Shown one piece after another: positions 13,298-25,303 of a stretch of DNA of 64,000 nt (position 1 is the stretch's first letter; every line of letters begins with the position of its first letter). The DNA is from Octopus sinensis (Eukaryota), in assembly GCF_006345805.1 (NCBI RefSeq), contig NC_043001.1:94922001-94986000 (forward strand). The letters run 5' to 3'. The notes beneath the pieces are model-generated. The model was not told the origin of the DNA. It was given only the letters and a program-made list of their open reading frames with translations, and did not search any database. The position numbers and the translations under genes are program-made.

Positions 13298-15452
13298 CTA
13301 GTGAGATTGGAAAACACATCCATACTGAACGTATTTGTTCATGTATGTGAGCATATGTACAAACTATTATACAACGACATGTCAGTGAAAGCATGTAAAA
13401 AGATATGCATCATGAAATTTTAACTTTTCATTTATAAAACCACTTCATAGGGTATTGTAATTTCCCAAGAAATATTGTAAAAGGATGATGTTAATTTACA
13501 AATTCAGAAATGTTTTTAATTAAATTATATGTATGAGACTTCAACAGACAGCAAGTCAATTTCAGTTTAATATAATTCCAAATCTTTAGTTCTAAGTACG
13601 TCGACTGCAGGAATAATATTAACAAATCAGTGTGTAAAACGTAGGTTAATAATACATTAGACTGAATTAACATATTTTCAAGTATAAGCGGCAAGGGCTT
13701 ATAAATTTAACAAAGTTGAGGAAACAAAACCTGGGAAAATATGTTCATTTATATCCTAATACTATATACTTTGGGATAACTTTTCTTCATTTTGGTGTCT
13801 GACTTGATACAAGCTTTCTATTAACAATGTTGATGTGACTAATACATTTGAAAATAAATATCATCCAATGATAAACTATAATTTTCATTAATAACAAGTA
13901 CCTAATATCAGGTAGAAATGACTGACTTGATTAGTAACGTAATAATTATGTGTCTGTCTCCGATATTCAGAAAGCATACATAACAGACAAGCAAGATTAT
14001 AGACAGTCCTTCTTGAAATATATGAACAATAAATGTGGCAACAATTCTAAGAAGAAACTCTTCTTGGAGTTAGTTGCAACAGTATTTCTTGTGTACTAAT
14101 TCGCAGAGAAACAAAGACTTCTGTTTTTGTTAATACAATAAGCGTTTGAAGGATGTATATTTGTTTTGCAATAAATATGGCCTCGAATCATATAAATAAC
14201 GAGCTAAATTTTCGACTGGAATAAATAAAAAGTTCTGTATTTCCTAGAGATAAAATATATTGGTTTGAAAGTAGGCACATGGCCAATTCAGATCAAATAT
14301 ATTTAAACATAATCATATGTTAATGAGCCTAAATCCATGCACAAATTGAAATATGTAGCATACACAATAATAGATACATAGAGGAGGAAGTACCACACTA
14401 ACTTGGCGGAAAGCGTTTTTTGTCATAAAAAATCTTTTGTTTCGCCTCTATTTTTTAAAACAATTTCTTTTTATGTAAGTGATGTAAACTGGCACTATAT
14501 TTCAACTATCAATTATCCCTTCACACATGCATGTAAGTATGTATGTATGCATGTATATATTATTGTTATTCTTAGTAAAACGCCGGTTAAAATATTTTGC
14601 GGCATTTTATCTCTCTTTACGTTCAGAGTTAAAATTCCATTCGACCGTCTTTCATCCATCCAGCTTTGACATTTGTAGTATCAGCTGATCGCTGGGGTCG
14701 ACGTAATGGACTTAACATATAGCACGAAATTGCTGGCTTTGTGCCAAAGAATGTGAGACCTATAACATGATATATAAAATTAAAGCACGAGAACAACATC
14801 ATAAAACACCTATGACAATAATATAATGGGACGTAGGATGTGGTAAAAGTCCATCGGACAAATATTTATGAAGACATTATTATTCGTTAGAAAAGTCTTT
14901 AGGAAACCATGGAAATATGTAAAAGTATTATATATCATACACGCAGGTCATCCCAGACTGAAAGTTGCACATATACATAAAACACACGCACACACAGACA
15001 CGCACACACACATACGCATACACAAGTATACGTCTGTATCGTCCATCTGTCGGTCTTCTACTTTCTTTTCCATTAGAATGTTCTGACTCTGACGACGAAA
15101 GCATTGATACTTTAAGGTCAATCAACTTTTATCAGCTGATCTATGGACTGATTGATAAAATCGATCAATAAATGAACCAACAATGAATATTGGAAAAGTC
15201 GTTTTTACAATAATAACTGAACATGTAATGACCATTATTTATAAATAGTCTATTTATACCTTGTGATTCTCTGATTTTATGTGTTCTTGCTTTGTGGATA
15301 TTGATTATAATTTTTGAAATGAATATATTTTCCCTCCATCGCATGTCAACAAAAATTGCTCTATATCAATACATATATTTATGTATGCACATGTGTAGGT
15401 CTGTTTGCTTGTGTTTGTGCATATGCATGTTCGAGAATATAGAAAGTCTTAC

Positions 15453-15485
15453 CTAACAATATCAAGTTCCATGATTATGAAATCG
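15453..15485 (-). CDS. candidate 33-nt exon (DFIIMELDIV)
   Basis: Acceptor gatatttcttgatgtcAG, donor TAG|GTAAGA, one open frame. No homology support. Confidence 0.25.
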
Positions 15486-17349
15486 CTGACATCAAGAAAT
15501 ATCAAAAACAGACCGTTAGAACTAAACAACTTACGACCTCGCAAACATAAACCCTCTGTCCCATCACGTGCACACGCCTTGTCTCGCTGCTATACATACA
15601 ATGCATGACATTTTCGAAGAGGAATTTAGTCAATTCAAACCGAATTTAATGAAGTACGTCGAAACGAAATGATGAAAGGCAAATTCGACCATTGCATAAC
15701 TTGAACTCAGAGAGCAAAACAGGAATGTATGCTGTGAATAGCTGTCTCCACCGTACTTACGGTAGTGTCAGTTCGCCACCGTTCCATGCCCATGCTCTTT
15801 TCTAGCAAACATATTTACAAACGCATTCTAGATTCTATAACGCTTCCGACAAATCACAGGGTATGTCGATTGTGGTAGAATTAGAATTTCTGCCGGCACG
15901 TCATTGATGAAATCGCAAATATATACAAAATCATTCAAGAACAAACTAGCTCATTGATTCAGCAAATGATTGAATAAATAATTGATTATTCTTCTAACTG
16001 ATTAGTTTACTATTTGATTGAAGATAATAGAATTAAATGAAAGGCAAAAAATCGTGTTATTTCGTTGGGTTATTCCAGACCAAGAAGTAAAATGACAACA
16101 AAATTGGCTTCTGATATTCTTATCAAATATCTTCGAATACAAATATAAGAAAACCGTTCGAACTGGGTTTTTCAATGAAATCATTGTTTGTAGAAAATAC
16201 CACGTTGGAAATTTAGGCTGATCACCATGTTCTTTCATTTTATGTAAGCAACAAGACTTGCGCGTTGTACAGAAGGAATCACTTTATAAAAGCTTCTGTC
16301 GGCGCAACTCTTCTGTATGTCGGACAATATTCTTCATGTATGTAGTTGCAAGTCAGCCAAAACTCTTCAAATAAATCAACACTATGCCAACATTTATGAA
16401 CAAATTTGCATTTGTTCTCATAATATGTAACGGTACTACAAATACTACACTATTCTTTATTATCTGAAAAATCACACAATATAATAGCTAAACTGTACGG
16501 CAATATATGAAACGTTTACTGCTTTGATATCTCATCGTATTTTTTCTTTAATGAGAGTGATTGTAAACCCTTATTGGAAATATATACTAGAATAATGCCG
16601 CTCCGAAATATTTCACTGTCATTTATAGAAAATAAATAATTGATTTTCTTTATACAAATAAAACTTTCACAGGGCAAGGAAGAATACATGTAACATATAG
16701 AAGAATATAGACTGTATGCCCTACAGAAAATGCCGATAATATATACTATGAATAATATTCATAAGTACAACGCATGTAGGTTATATGCTAGATAGAACAA
16801 AGCATTCGCATCTCTGTTTCCAAATTTCAGATTATCATCTTGTGCACAGCTCTTGTCTATAATATGAGCTCAAACAAAATATATTTAAAAAGTTCAAAAT
16901 AAGCGATTACAACATAAATGAAATAAAATTAAACTTTCACCTCGTAAAGAAAGCAGCTTAATAACAAATCACAGACCGTAAATAACTCAGTTTCCAAATA
17001 TTCTGAAATTAACACACATGTAGGTTTCTGGATATATGACTTCGATACCAATACAGTATCGATCATATTTATTTTGTACTTTATCTATATTCATAGATTT
17101 TTATGGGATATCAATATTTCCAATGATATTTTTTCTTTCTCTTTTTGATAATTATGCGTCTTGTACGTACTATACGATACAAATTATTCAATAATTACGG
17201 CGATGTCATGACCTAACTAATCCAACTAATACTTAAATTTATATTTCTTCACCTTCCAGCTTCCTTTTGTCTTTCAGCAATTTGTCCAATCAATGAAGAT
17301 TTCATGGGGCAAAAATTAGTTTACATTTTTAATTATATCAAAACGAGGG

Positions 17350-17415
17350 CTTAACATATTTTTGCCGATGACACTCCCCGAACCCCAAGTAAGGCATGTG
17401 TAAAATTTTAACGAA
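17350..17415 (-). mobile_element. short fragment of the non-autonomous Helitron family
   Basis: gatgacactccccgaaccccaagtaaggcatgtgtaaaattt matches the Helitron copies at about 23170-23220 and 23495-23545. Confidence 0.7.
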
Positions 17416-17967
17416 TAATATAAAAATGCTTTTTTTCTATATAATGATGTCAAAAATGCATCATTTCATTGATGATGTTGTATTCATTATGGAACCTGTG
17501 GCTATTAGGAGCTGCACACAAATCAGAACGTCAAGTAGCAAGATTAGTTAAGATGTAACAACACTATAAAATGCATATTAATGAACATCTGTTTATGCTT
17601 AGTTTACAGTATCTGAGATGATAAAATGATGGCATACAAATAGTGTCACACTTTATAGATATTCGGTATCCTAAATCTGCTACATTATCACTTAGAAATC
17701 TTTAGTGCAAGAGCAAATAAGAAAAGAATAACAACAACAGCAACAAAAATAAACGAAATATTGTAATTAAGTTGCGAATTCAAAATCATGATACATTTTA
17801 AAATGGTTATCTATTTTCCTGTAATGGAAACGGAATTGATAAGTGGAAAGCGTGAAAAGTCTGTATTTGACAAAGATCTATATGATGCACACAGCTACTT
17901 AGGTACGTACATACATATATATACATAAATAAACTCAAGTACAACATAAACACACAGATACACATAT

Positions 17968-18038
<71 letters not shown>

Positions 18039-18459
18039 TAGCATTAAAGACCCTTCGTAGCCGGGTCATAGTGCTAGTGCATGTATATATGTGTATATAT
18101 ATGTGTACATATTACATGTACATCTATATATATACATCTACACATAAAATGCGAAATACAAAGTAATATCTTGATATCGATAGTGATAACAATACTCAAA
18201 ATATATAACAGACTGGAATTGTTTTATTATTACCCACAAGGGGCGAACATAGAGGGGACAATACAATCTGACGTGAGGTCAGATATACGAATGGGTTTAC
18301 AAAAAAGGCGAATTTAAAAATTTACAAAACTTACAAAAATAGAAAAAATCGAATGGGGAACAGACCGGAAGACATTACGGATGGAGTGGGAGCGGATTTA
18401 GCTCGGACCCCACGAGTCCCGCCTCCCCACTGATACTTTGGTTTCGTCTAGTTTTACAT

Positions 18460-21236
18460 TTATGTGGTATCATTCACTCGCAACTTTCGTGCTACATCTT
18501 TCCATCGTTCTTCATGCACTCTCTTAGTCAGGCATTTTCTCTCCAGCCCTATCTTCCTTTTCAGGTGAAAGATGAAGTAATTCATCAAACCAGGGCCGGA
18601 TATGAACTTGCCTGACTGTAAACCTTTCATTCGCGTCTTCCATATCACCTCTTTCGCAATTGCTACTACAACGAGAAAACAATTCTTACCTTCTTTCGCG
18701 AGGAAATCTGGTGGGTTAATTTTTGTAATAGACTCAGTCGACAGCTGTACTCTTCGTGTGCTTGACAACAGCTGTTCGGCATAAACTCACACCTCAGACA
18801 CGACCGAACAATGAACAATAGCGTGCGGGACGGTTTCCCTATCCCGCTCGCATCTTGGACATATCGGACTGTCTTGGCCACCGTGCCTTGCGAGTTTATC
18901 CCGAACAGGTAGTGCTCCTCTGTAGCATCGTCATGCCAGAGACTTCTGGAAGTTGTCCAGTGTCTTCGGCTCGAACGTACGTCGGAACAGACTGGCCAGC
19001 TGATTATCGTCGAGACCTAGGGTTTCCCCCAAGGTATCTTCACATTCCGCCTCTACCAACCCTCTATAGAAGAATGTGGTAGAACCCCCACCGCAGGCGT
19101 TGCCCGAGCGACGGAATAGCAGGAGAGCCTTGCGACACTCCACTCCGTGTACCATGTGCCTAGTTTCGATCTACGATTCAGCCAGGTTTCTCATCCACCG
19201 AAACTAGTGAACTTGGGAAACATCAGTTTTGCTAGCGGAGACTACACCCGTTCACCATCCAGGTAGAGCCACAGATGTCTTAACCTCAGCGCATGTCTGC
19301 GCATCATCAGCCAAGGCATCCCTAGCCCACCCTTTAACGGTTATTGACAGCAAGTAGAGCGTTTCACAAGTGGTTTCCCGCCCTTCCACAAGAAGTAGAA
19401 GAGCTGTCTTTCCAACTTGATCAACCACGAATCAGGGCAAGGAACGACGGAAAGGCGGTAGGTGATAACCGATGCGATAAACACATTGGCTACCTCCGCC
19501 CTCCCTTTCAGGGATAGCCACCGCCAAGACCAGGTCTTGGTTACTGCAGCCACCCTGCTCGATACCTCGCCCCAATTCTTCTCTATTTGGAGGTCCGGAC
19601 CGAAACAAACTCCTAGCAACTTAATCGGACCCTCCGTCCAACGTCCCACGACGCTGTCAGGAGGCATCGACTTACCTCTCCAGGTGCCGAGTTGCAAGCC
19701 GACTGACTTTTCGCGATTAACTTTTGCTCCTGTCACCGTCTCGTAAACCTCTATGGCCTTGCCTACTTTACGTAGGTGATCCATTTCGGTTACGATGATG
19801 GTGATGTCATCCGCGTACGCTGACACCGATTTTCCACTACCTGGCTGTCTCGGGATGCCGCTCAGTTTTCGCAGTAATGGCTCAAGAGCCATCACGTACA
19901 AAAGCGGGGAGAGCGGACACCCTTGACGAACCGAGCGCTTGATGTTGAAAGGCTTCGACAAGAAGCCGTTCACCCGAACTACCGAGTCGATGTTGTCGTA
20001 AATTTGGATAATCCACCTGAGGAAGCCAAGGCCCAGCCCGAACTGTGCCTGGGCAGATACCAGGTAGCGATGGTCGACCCTATCGAACGCTTTAGATTGG
20101 TCTAAATGGACCAGTGCCCCACCCTTGCCAGAATCACTATTAAACCCCTCTATAGTGTACCGCATAAGATGGAGATTATCCTGAATGGTTCTGCCCTGAC
20201 AATGCAGCCCATGTGTTTGGCCTCGAGGTGCTGGTTTAACGCCAGTCTCTTGGCCGCCACCTGAACCGCAGAGCCAGTTTTCAAGGCTTCCTCTAATTCC
20301 TTAACTAGAGTAGATTCCCTCCTAGCCTCTCTAGCCACTAATCCTATGCTATATCTAATTGACTCGAATTTGATGGCTCGCTTGAGGGCATACCACCATT
20401 TGTTATTAATGATGGCACCAGATAGCGCCCTCTGAATTATAGTTCTAATCCGGTCTCTGGACTCCTTAATCGCCAAAAGGGACGTATTAAGTTTCCAGTA
20501 ACCGGATCCTCTATTTTTAACCTTATCTATGTCAAGCTTACAGGTGACCATTTTATGATCACTGTAGCTGACCAGGTAAAACTGTGGACACTTAGCTATT
20601 TTTCTGTCTACTTTTCTAATTAGTATCCTATCTATGTATGACCTGGAAGATCCGTCGCTGTTTGACCATGTCCACAATGGAGCGTTCGGAAATTCCAACC
20701 TATAAGGATCTGCTAGCTCAAAGCGGCTTAGCAGTTCCAGGAAGCCAATGTTACCTTTTCTATCTGGACGCAAGCCAACACAATCTACATCCGCTTTGCA
20801 AATTGTGTTAAAGTCTCCTAGCACAACTAATGAATGCGAAGTACCAAGAAAGTTTTCCAGTTCTCGAAAATAATCACTTTGCCCTTTTTGGTTGGGTGCG
20901 TAAATTGCAACCAGTCTGATAACTTTACCGTTACTGAACGTCAAATCCATGACGACCAGTCTACCTTCTGGGTCTGAAAAAATTAACTTTTTCTCAAAAA
21001 CCCGGTTTCTTTTTAATAGGACCAAAACCCCACCCCCGCATGTAGGACTGGCCGGAGAGAAAAAAACTCTCGTAGCCGTCAAACAGCGGGAGTAGACCTC
21101 TTGGCCCCTCTAACCGGGTTTCTGTAGCAACAATAACATCCAAATTACGCGACCTGATATCATTAAGGAAGCGACCTTGCTTCCAGCTTGATCCCAAGCC
21201 GCGCACATTTAAACAACCAACATAAATGCAATCCAT
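18460..21236 (-). pseudogene. L1/Tx1 ORF2 (AP endonuclease + reverse transcriptase + CCHC), disrupted
   Basis: Motifs LNVRGL...ETRL, LGDFN, WTW.N...SRSYIDRIL, SDHK, GYWKLN, DQSKAFDRVDH, VRQGCPLSPLLY, YADD and CPRC...ETVPHAIVHC. There is a frameshift near 21060, a deletion junction near 20190 and an in-frame stop at 19341. Confidence 0.92.
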
Positions 21237-21244
21237 AACTTACC

Positions 21245-22549
21245 TTATATCAGTGGTTCGACTTGTTCGACTTGTTTTTCGTCTTCTTCTTCACTTTTAT
21301 TTTTTTCCTGGGCTCGTGTTGGAGTCCGACGCAGGCCCTCGTATAAATATGGAGATATGTCCAATCTCAGACGGCCCACGTCGTGAAAGAATTCGGATTT
21401 TATCCGTCCGTAATCCTTCCGGCCTATTCTATAAACAATACAGTCTTTTGTTTTTTTAATTTTCTCCACCTTGGCCATGGCTGCCAAAACATTAATTAGC
21501 CTGTTGTTGGCAGCCTTAATGGCCATAAATGTATTTGTCGCTTCTTTCATCTTTTTTTGGCTGTCTTTCTGAGGGGTGGTTTCTGTTTTCCGTTTTTTTT
21601 TTTGGTAATTTTTGACCACCCATCCTCTTTTTCCTTTTCTTCGCCACTTGTTGTTTCTACTGCCTCTTTGGTTTCTGTAGTTTCTGGTGTTTTCTCTTCT
21701 GTTTTCTCTTCTGTTTTTTTCTTTTTCTGGCGGTGCTGCTTCCTGCGGTTTAGGTTGGCACTCCGCTCTTACGTGCCCCTTTTTACCGCAGCCGAAGCAC
21801 CTCGGCTTTCTGCCCTCCACAAACACTAGCACCCTCTCCTCCTCGCTGATCCTCAATATCTCTGGAATTTCTTCTAACGTTTGGACCTCCGCCTGTATCG
21901 CCATTGAGATGCATTGGCCTTGCCAATACCCCTCCTCCTCTACTGTAGCCTGGAGGATAGTGATCTTGTCCTCCAGGCCTAACATCACTGCCGCCACTAG
22001 GCATGTGGCGTCCGCTTCTGGCGGAATATTTTTTATTAATATTTTTGAGGTTCTTCTGCCTCTGTACAGGGGGAGGAGGACTATATTCTCCGCTTTTAGA
22101 GGTTCGGTTGATAGCTTCTTGGCTATCTCCTCAGTCCTGAACCTCACCTCAACCGTTCCAAACTTTCTGCCACGGTTTATATACGTGATGTCTTTCCATA
22201 TTGTCTTTAGACAATTCTCTATTTTTTTTTCCTCTACTCTTTGAATGCTTTTCATCGTTGTATTGTATGTTTTGTAGATAATCATTTTCCTTTCTACTTC
22301 TTCTGTCTTTCTGACGTCTGATTCCACTGTTACTTCGTTACCTTCCTTTTTCAGAAGTGCTTCATACTTTTCTAAGTTGCTCTTATCCGTGTTGATTTTT
22401 TTTTGTTTTTTTCCTGCAACTTCTGCGAACTTCTTCGTTGGGGCCTCTTCTATTTTCGGCGTCACCGCCGGTGAACTTTCTTCACCTGATACAGGTGAAT
22501 ATGAGATAGGAGTCTCCATCTCTGGATGTGGCTTTACAAGCCTTTTCAA
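21245..22549 (-). CDS. L1/Tx1 ORF1 (434 aa, gag-like zinc knuckle)
   Basis: Uninterrupted ORF with CFGCGKKGHVRAEC (CX2CX4HX4C), ending 8 nt before the ORF2 ATG. The annotated start is a non-ATG codon; the first ATG is at METPIS. Confidence 0.85.
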   Translation of the reverse strand: MKRLVKPHPEMETPISYSPVSGEESSPAVTPKIEEAPTKKFAEVAGKKQKKINTDKSNLEKYEALLKKEGNEVTVESDVRKTEEVERKMIIYKTYNTTMKSIQRVEEKKIENCLKTIWKDITYINRGRKFGTVEVRFRTEEIAKKLSTEPLKAENIVLLPLYRGRRTSKILIKNIPPEADATCLVAAVMLGLEDKITILQATVEEEGYWQGQCISMAIQAEVQTLEEIPEILRISEEERVLVFVEGRKPRCFGCGKKGHVRAECQPKPQEAAPPEKEKNRRENRRENTRNYRNQRGSRNNKWRRKGKRGWVVKNYQKKKRKTETTPQKDSQKKMKEATNTFMAIKAANNRLINVLAAMAKVEKIKKTKDCIVYRIGRKDYGRIKSEFFHDVGRLRLDISPYLYEGLRRTPTRAQEKNKSEEEDEKQVEQVEPLI

Positions 22550-23410
22550 TTGGCTTTAACAAGCCTTCAAAAAATTTTGGCCTCGCAAGCCTTTTGTGTA
22601 TATTTTAAACTGATTCACAATAATTGTCTCAAAGAAATTCCCCCGTGGGGGGGAATTTTCATACGTAGCCTTCGCGCGAAGGCTAATAACAGTTTTTACA
22701 AACCGGTAATAAACAGCAAATGACAAAACAGACTGGCGTATAACAGACTGCAATTGTTAGCTCTTCTTTTTTCTCTACATTGTATACTTTATAGACAATA
22801 GTCTTTTCTTTAATTTAATTTTTTATTATCCATCTGGACTATTCCATTTCTGCACGCTAATTATATTTTTAATTTATTCCCATTCATGTGGAATCACTTA
22901 TTCAAGTTCAAATCATTGATGCAATTTTATACCAATTGCTATTTTTACTTTTGTATGTTACGAATATTTTATACTTTAGTTTGATTTTAATTATTACTTA
23001 CTACATATAATTCAATTGTTATTATTATTTTTATTGTTAAAGTGAAAGCATCTGACATAAAATAGAGAAATATTTTTGTTTCACTTTTAACACGTAATAG
23101 TGAAATAGTGGAGAAGATATGATATTGCTATGGGCTCACTCTAGGCACGAAGTGGAACATTTTTTTGCCCAGGTGACTACATGGACCCTACGTAAGGCAT
23201 GTGTAAAATTTAAATGAAATTGGGTGTGTAGTTCTCAAGTTTTAGGGAAACACACAGAGAGACAGACACATTCTCAGTTATATATATATAAATATATACA
23301 TATATATATACACACACATAAACTCACACATATACATTATATATATTTATGTATATATATATATATACATACATATATATATATATATATATACATACAT
23401 ACATTTTATA

Positions 23411-24981
23411 TCTTCTATATATATAAAACTGAGAATGTGTGTCTGTTTGTTTGTTTCCCTAAAACTTGAGAACTACTCAACCAATTTCATTCAAATTTAA
23501 CACATGTCTTACTTGGGGTCCGGGGAGTGTCATCAGCAAAGGAAATTTTAACTTTTTGGCTAGGGCGAGCCCACAATAATATCATATCTTCTCCACTATT
23601 TTAGTATTACGTGTTAAAAGTGAAACAAAAACATTTCTCTACATTATGTCAGATACTTTCACTTTAACAATAAAAATTAGAGATAATAATAACAATTGAA
23701 TTATATGTAGTAAGTAATAATTAAAATCAAACTAAAGTATAATATAATCGTAACATAAGAAAAGTAAAAATAGCAATTGGTATAAAATTGCATTAATGAC
23801 TTGAACTTGAATAAGTGGTTTCACATAAATGGGAATAAAGTGAAGATAAAAATAGCGTACATAAATGGAATAGTCCAGATGGAGCTGTATATCGTTTACC
23901 ACGGCTTTTACATTAGATTATATGCTAATTAGCTAGTATTAAGTATCTCAATGAAGTTTGGCTGTATGTAATATCTGTTTTCTCGAACAGCCGCTTCTAC
24001 TGAGTACTGCTGTTGGTTTATTTTTTATACATACATGACTATAGCTTCAATTGCGTACTGCTTTTTGATTCACCGTAAGGTTTATTGTTATTATTATTAT
24101 TGTTTAACTATTGTTATCACGTGTGTTGGTTCCTCGTAAGATAAATGTTGTGTTGCATTTGTAAAATAATTGTTAACTGTAACCCTCCCCCTTTGGGGGA
24201 AGGAGCTTTGGTTATTGTTTAAAAATTGAATTGTATCCTTGTTTGGGGAAATTGACAATATTTTCACCGTTTATACGGAAGCATCTTTGTTAGAATGCAT
24301 TCGATAGAAGAAAGTCCAAAAATGAATTTCGCTGCAGCCGTCGGCGGGCGGGAACTGATTGAAATTAAAATGGAAGAAATAAAAACCTACTTCGGATTGA
24401 TCACCGACAAAGACGGTGAGTCTAGGATAACACCACCAAACGAAATAAAAATTTAAATTAAAGAAAAGACTATTGTGTATAAAGTATTCAATGTAGAGAA
24501 AAAAAGATTTGAACTCCCGGAGGAAAGCACCATCGAAAAATGTCGTGGTGCGACTATTAAAGATATCCGCCACAATAGAAGCAAGGTTCGAGTCAACGGA
24601 GCGTGCAAGAGAGTACTCGATTCGAACCTTGCAAAGTGGAAATATTTTATTTTTACCTTTATATCTGGGGCGTAGGACGTCTCGGATGATAATTTAAAAT
24701 GTCCTCCTAGAAGTAGAGGTAGGCTGGATTGTAGCCACACTTCTATGCAAGAGGGAGGGCAAGGTACAATTGTTCGACATCGGAAGAGACCGGCCTACAC
24801 TTCCAGTCTGTTATATATTTTGAGTATTGTTATCACTAGCAATAACGAGATATAACTTTGTATTTTGTATTTTATGTGTAAATGTATATATATATAGATG
24901 TACATGTAATATGTACACATATATATACATATATATACATACACTAGCACTATGACCCGACAACGACAGGTCATAATGCTA

Positions 24982-24982
<1 letters not shown>
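23411..24982 (+). mobile_element. non-autonomous Helitron copy B with internal Tx1 ORF1-like fragment
   Basis: Starts A|TCTTCTATATATATAAAACTGAG, the Helitron 5' TC pattern. Ends in the hairpin CTAGCACTATGACC...GGTCATAATGCTAG|T (CTAG 24979-24982). Confidence 0.78.
24293..24800 (+). pseudogene. degenerate ORF1 N-half of a second, related L1/Tx1 family
   Basis: IEESPKMNFAAAVGG, EKTIVYKVFN, EARFESTERAREYSIRTLQSGNILFLPLYLGRRTSRMI and NVLLEVEVGWIVATLL align by eye with IEEAPTKKFAEVAG, RKMIIYKTYN, EVRFRTEEIAKKLSTEPLKAENIVLLPLYRGRRTSKIL and NIPPEADATCLVAAVM of ORF1 21245-22549. Confidence 0.85.
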
Positions 24983-25025
<43 letters not shown>

Positions 25026-25179
25026 CTTAATAATCTCAATGGAGGCAATGCAAGCGGAAACTAGATGAACATAGTAACCACACTCAAAATCATATATATA
25101 CATATATTCTTCTACATTTATAAAACCGATATAAAAATCCCAAATATATAGATATAAAAATACATATAAATAGATAAAT

Positions 25180-25260
25180 ATAGCTATCACGAAGCACTAC
25201 AACTCCAGTCTGTATTTTATTTGCGAATATTGTTACCACTAGCAATCTCAAAATAAGGCA
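25180..25260 (+). mobile_element. fragment of the same Helitron 3' region (third copy)
   Basis: ccagtctgtattttatttgcgaatattgttaccactagcaat resembles ccagtctgttatatattttgagtattgttatcactagcaat at about 24802. Confidence 0.55.
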
Positions 25261-25264
25261 GTGC

Positions 25265-25303
<39 letters not shown>

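Larger units (their letters stand above)
18224..22738 (-). mobile_element. L1/Tx1-clade LINE with both termini, ORF2 internally deleted
   Basis: Contains ORF1 with a CCHC knuckle and an APE-RT-CCHC ORF2. It is flanked by a 20-bp direct repeat TATAACAGACTG(G/C)AATTGTT at 18204-18223 and 22739-22758 (1 mismatch), interpreted as the TSD, and has an AATAATAA tail. Confidence 0.9.
18038..23290 (-). mobile_element. non-autonomous Helitron copy A, interrupted by an L1/Tx1 LINE
   Basis: The 3' end has a GACCC/GGGTC hairpin (18049-18067) and CTAG|T at 18041-18037. Segments 18038-18223 and 22830-23280 are collinear with the 3' and 5' parts of Helitron copy B. Confidence 0.75.

Noticed and set aside
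17824-17902. Plus-strand first-exon candidate METELISGKREKSVFDKDLYDAHSYL with AG|GTACGT donor (and 15077-15116, CSDSDDESIDTL)
   Set aside because: Plausible signals, but no partner exons or homology; expected by chance at this density.
21557-22244. Plus-strand ORFs of 90 and 185 aa
   Set aside because: Antisense to LINE ORF1.
18036-24990. The whole 7-kb block as one composite transposon with ~190-bp TIRs
   Set aside because: The apparent TIRs are the 3' ends of two separate, oppositely oriented Helitron copies (each with hairpin plus CTAG|T), and no outer TSD was seen.
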